A DNA stretch of 51,088 bases, counting the filler, from Bipalium vagum (Eukaryota): NCBI GenBank assembly GCA_037834085.1. It is 3 parts of 3 records of this genome, joined end to end, with 100 filler letters (N's around TTAATTAATTAA, not from the genome) between each part and the next. Parts side by side here need not be neighbours in the genome. Positions count along the whole stretch, not along the records: positions 34,944 to 51,088 come from JBBMKC010125080.1; 2 more parts are not named here. One strand, written 5' to 3'. Below, piece after piece: positions 50,589 to 51,088 of the stretch. The translations under genes were made by a program, and so were the position numbers. The notes beneath the pieces were generated by a model. It had not been told where the DNA came from. It did no database searches and saw nothing but the letters and a program-made list of their open reading frames with translations. The first letter of the stretch is position 1. Every line of letters starts with the position of its first letter.

Positions 50589-51088
50589 GTACTTTCATTT
50601 TATATAATTATTTTTAATTTTTGTTTCAATTAATTACAATTCATAAATTTTATTTTTATTATTACTACTGTTGTTTTATTTTTACTTTTATTTTATTTTT
50701 CTGATTTATATTTTATTTATTTATTTTTATTTTTTTATTAATATTATTAAATATTTTAAAATTAATTATAATTAATAAACTTTTATATGTTTGAACTTAA
50801 AACGTTTTTCAAATTTTTTTTATTTCGTTTGTTTTATTTTTATTATTTTTATTGTATTATTTGTATTATTATTTTTATATTTTTAAATTAATTATAATGA
50901 ATAATTTTTATGTTTTAATTTTATGTCGAATGCAAAAATAATTATTGTTATTATTACTGTTATTTTTATTTTTCTTATGTTTATCCATTTTTAATTTTAT
51001 ATTAGATTTATGTCATTAGTTTTATTTTTATTTTCCCCTATTTTTTTCTTATTTTCATTAATATCATCAAATTATATTTTAAAATTAA

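Noticed and set aside
1-51088. CRISPR arrays, operons, rRNA or prokaryotic systems
   Set aside because: The sequence is intron-containing eukaryotic DNA. No repeat-spacer array or rRNA similarity was seen.

Overview
Very AT-rich eukaryotic nuclear DNA with 40-54 nt GT-AG introns and dense, decayed DNA-transposon litter. This is consistent with a planarian/triclad flatworm, which is an inference from composition and intron size and is not proven. Recognisable host genes are the 5' five exons of SLC38A9 (-), a complete three-exon TMEM115 (-), three extracellular-domain exons of a discoidin domain receptor (+), an uncharacterised single-pass membrane protein (-) and a tandem ubiquitin-like-domain gene running off the left edge (-). 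Repeats include many mariner, Tc1 DD34E, DD37D and DD41D-like remnants, plus Merlin, a Ty3/Gypsy integrase, an R2/NeSL-type endonuclease fragment and a tRNA-Ala-like copy with a broken anticodon arm. Two gaps carry an artificial TTAATTAATTAA linker, so gene order across them is uncertain. Three signals remain unexplained: (i) a non-coding module at about 21.0-22.5 kb with a CCAAT/TATA promoter followed by seven back-to-back stem-loops; (ii) a possible signal-peptide + RSKR + tandem-UBL gene assembled from small phase-1 exons; (iii) an orphan fossil ORF of about 224 codons nested in a mariner.
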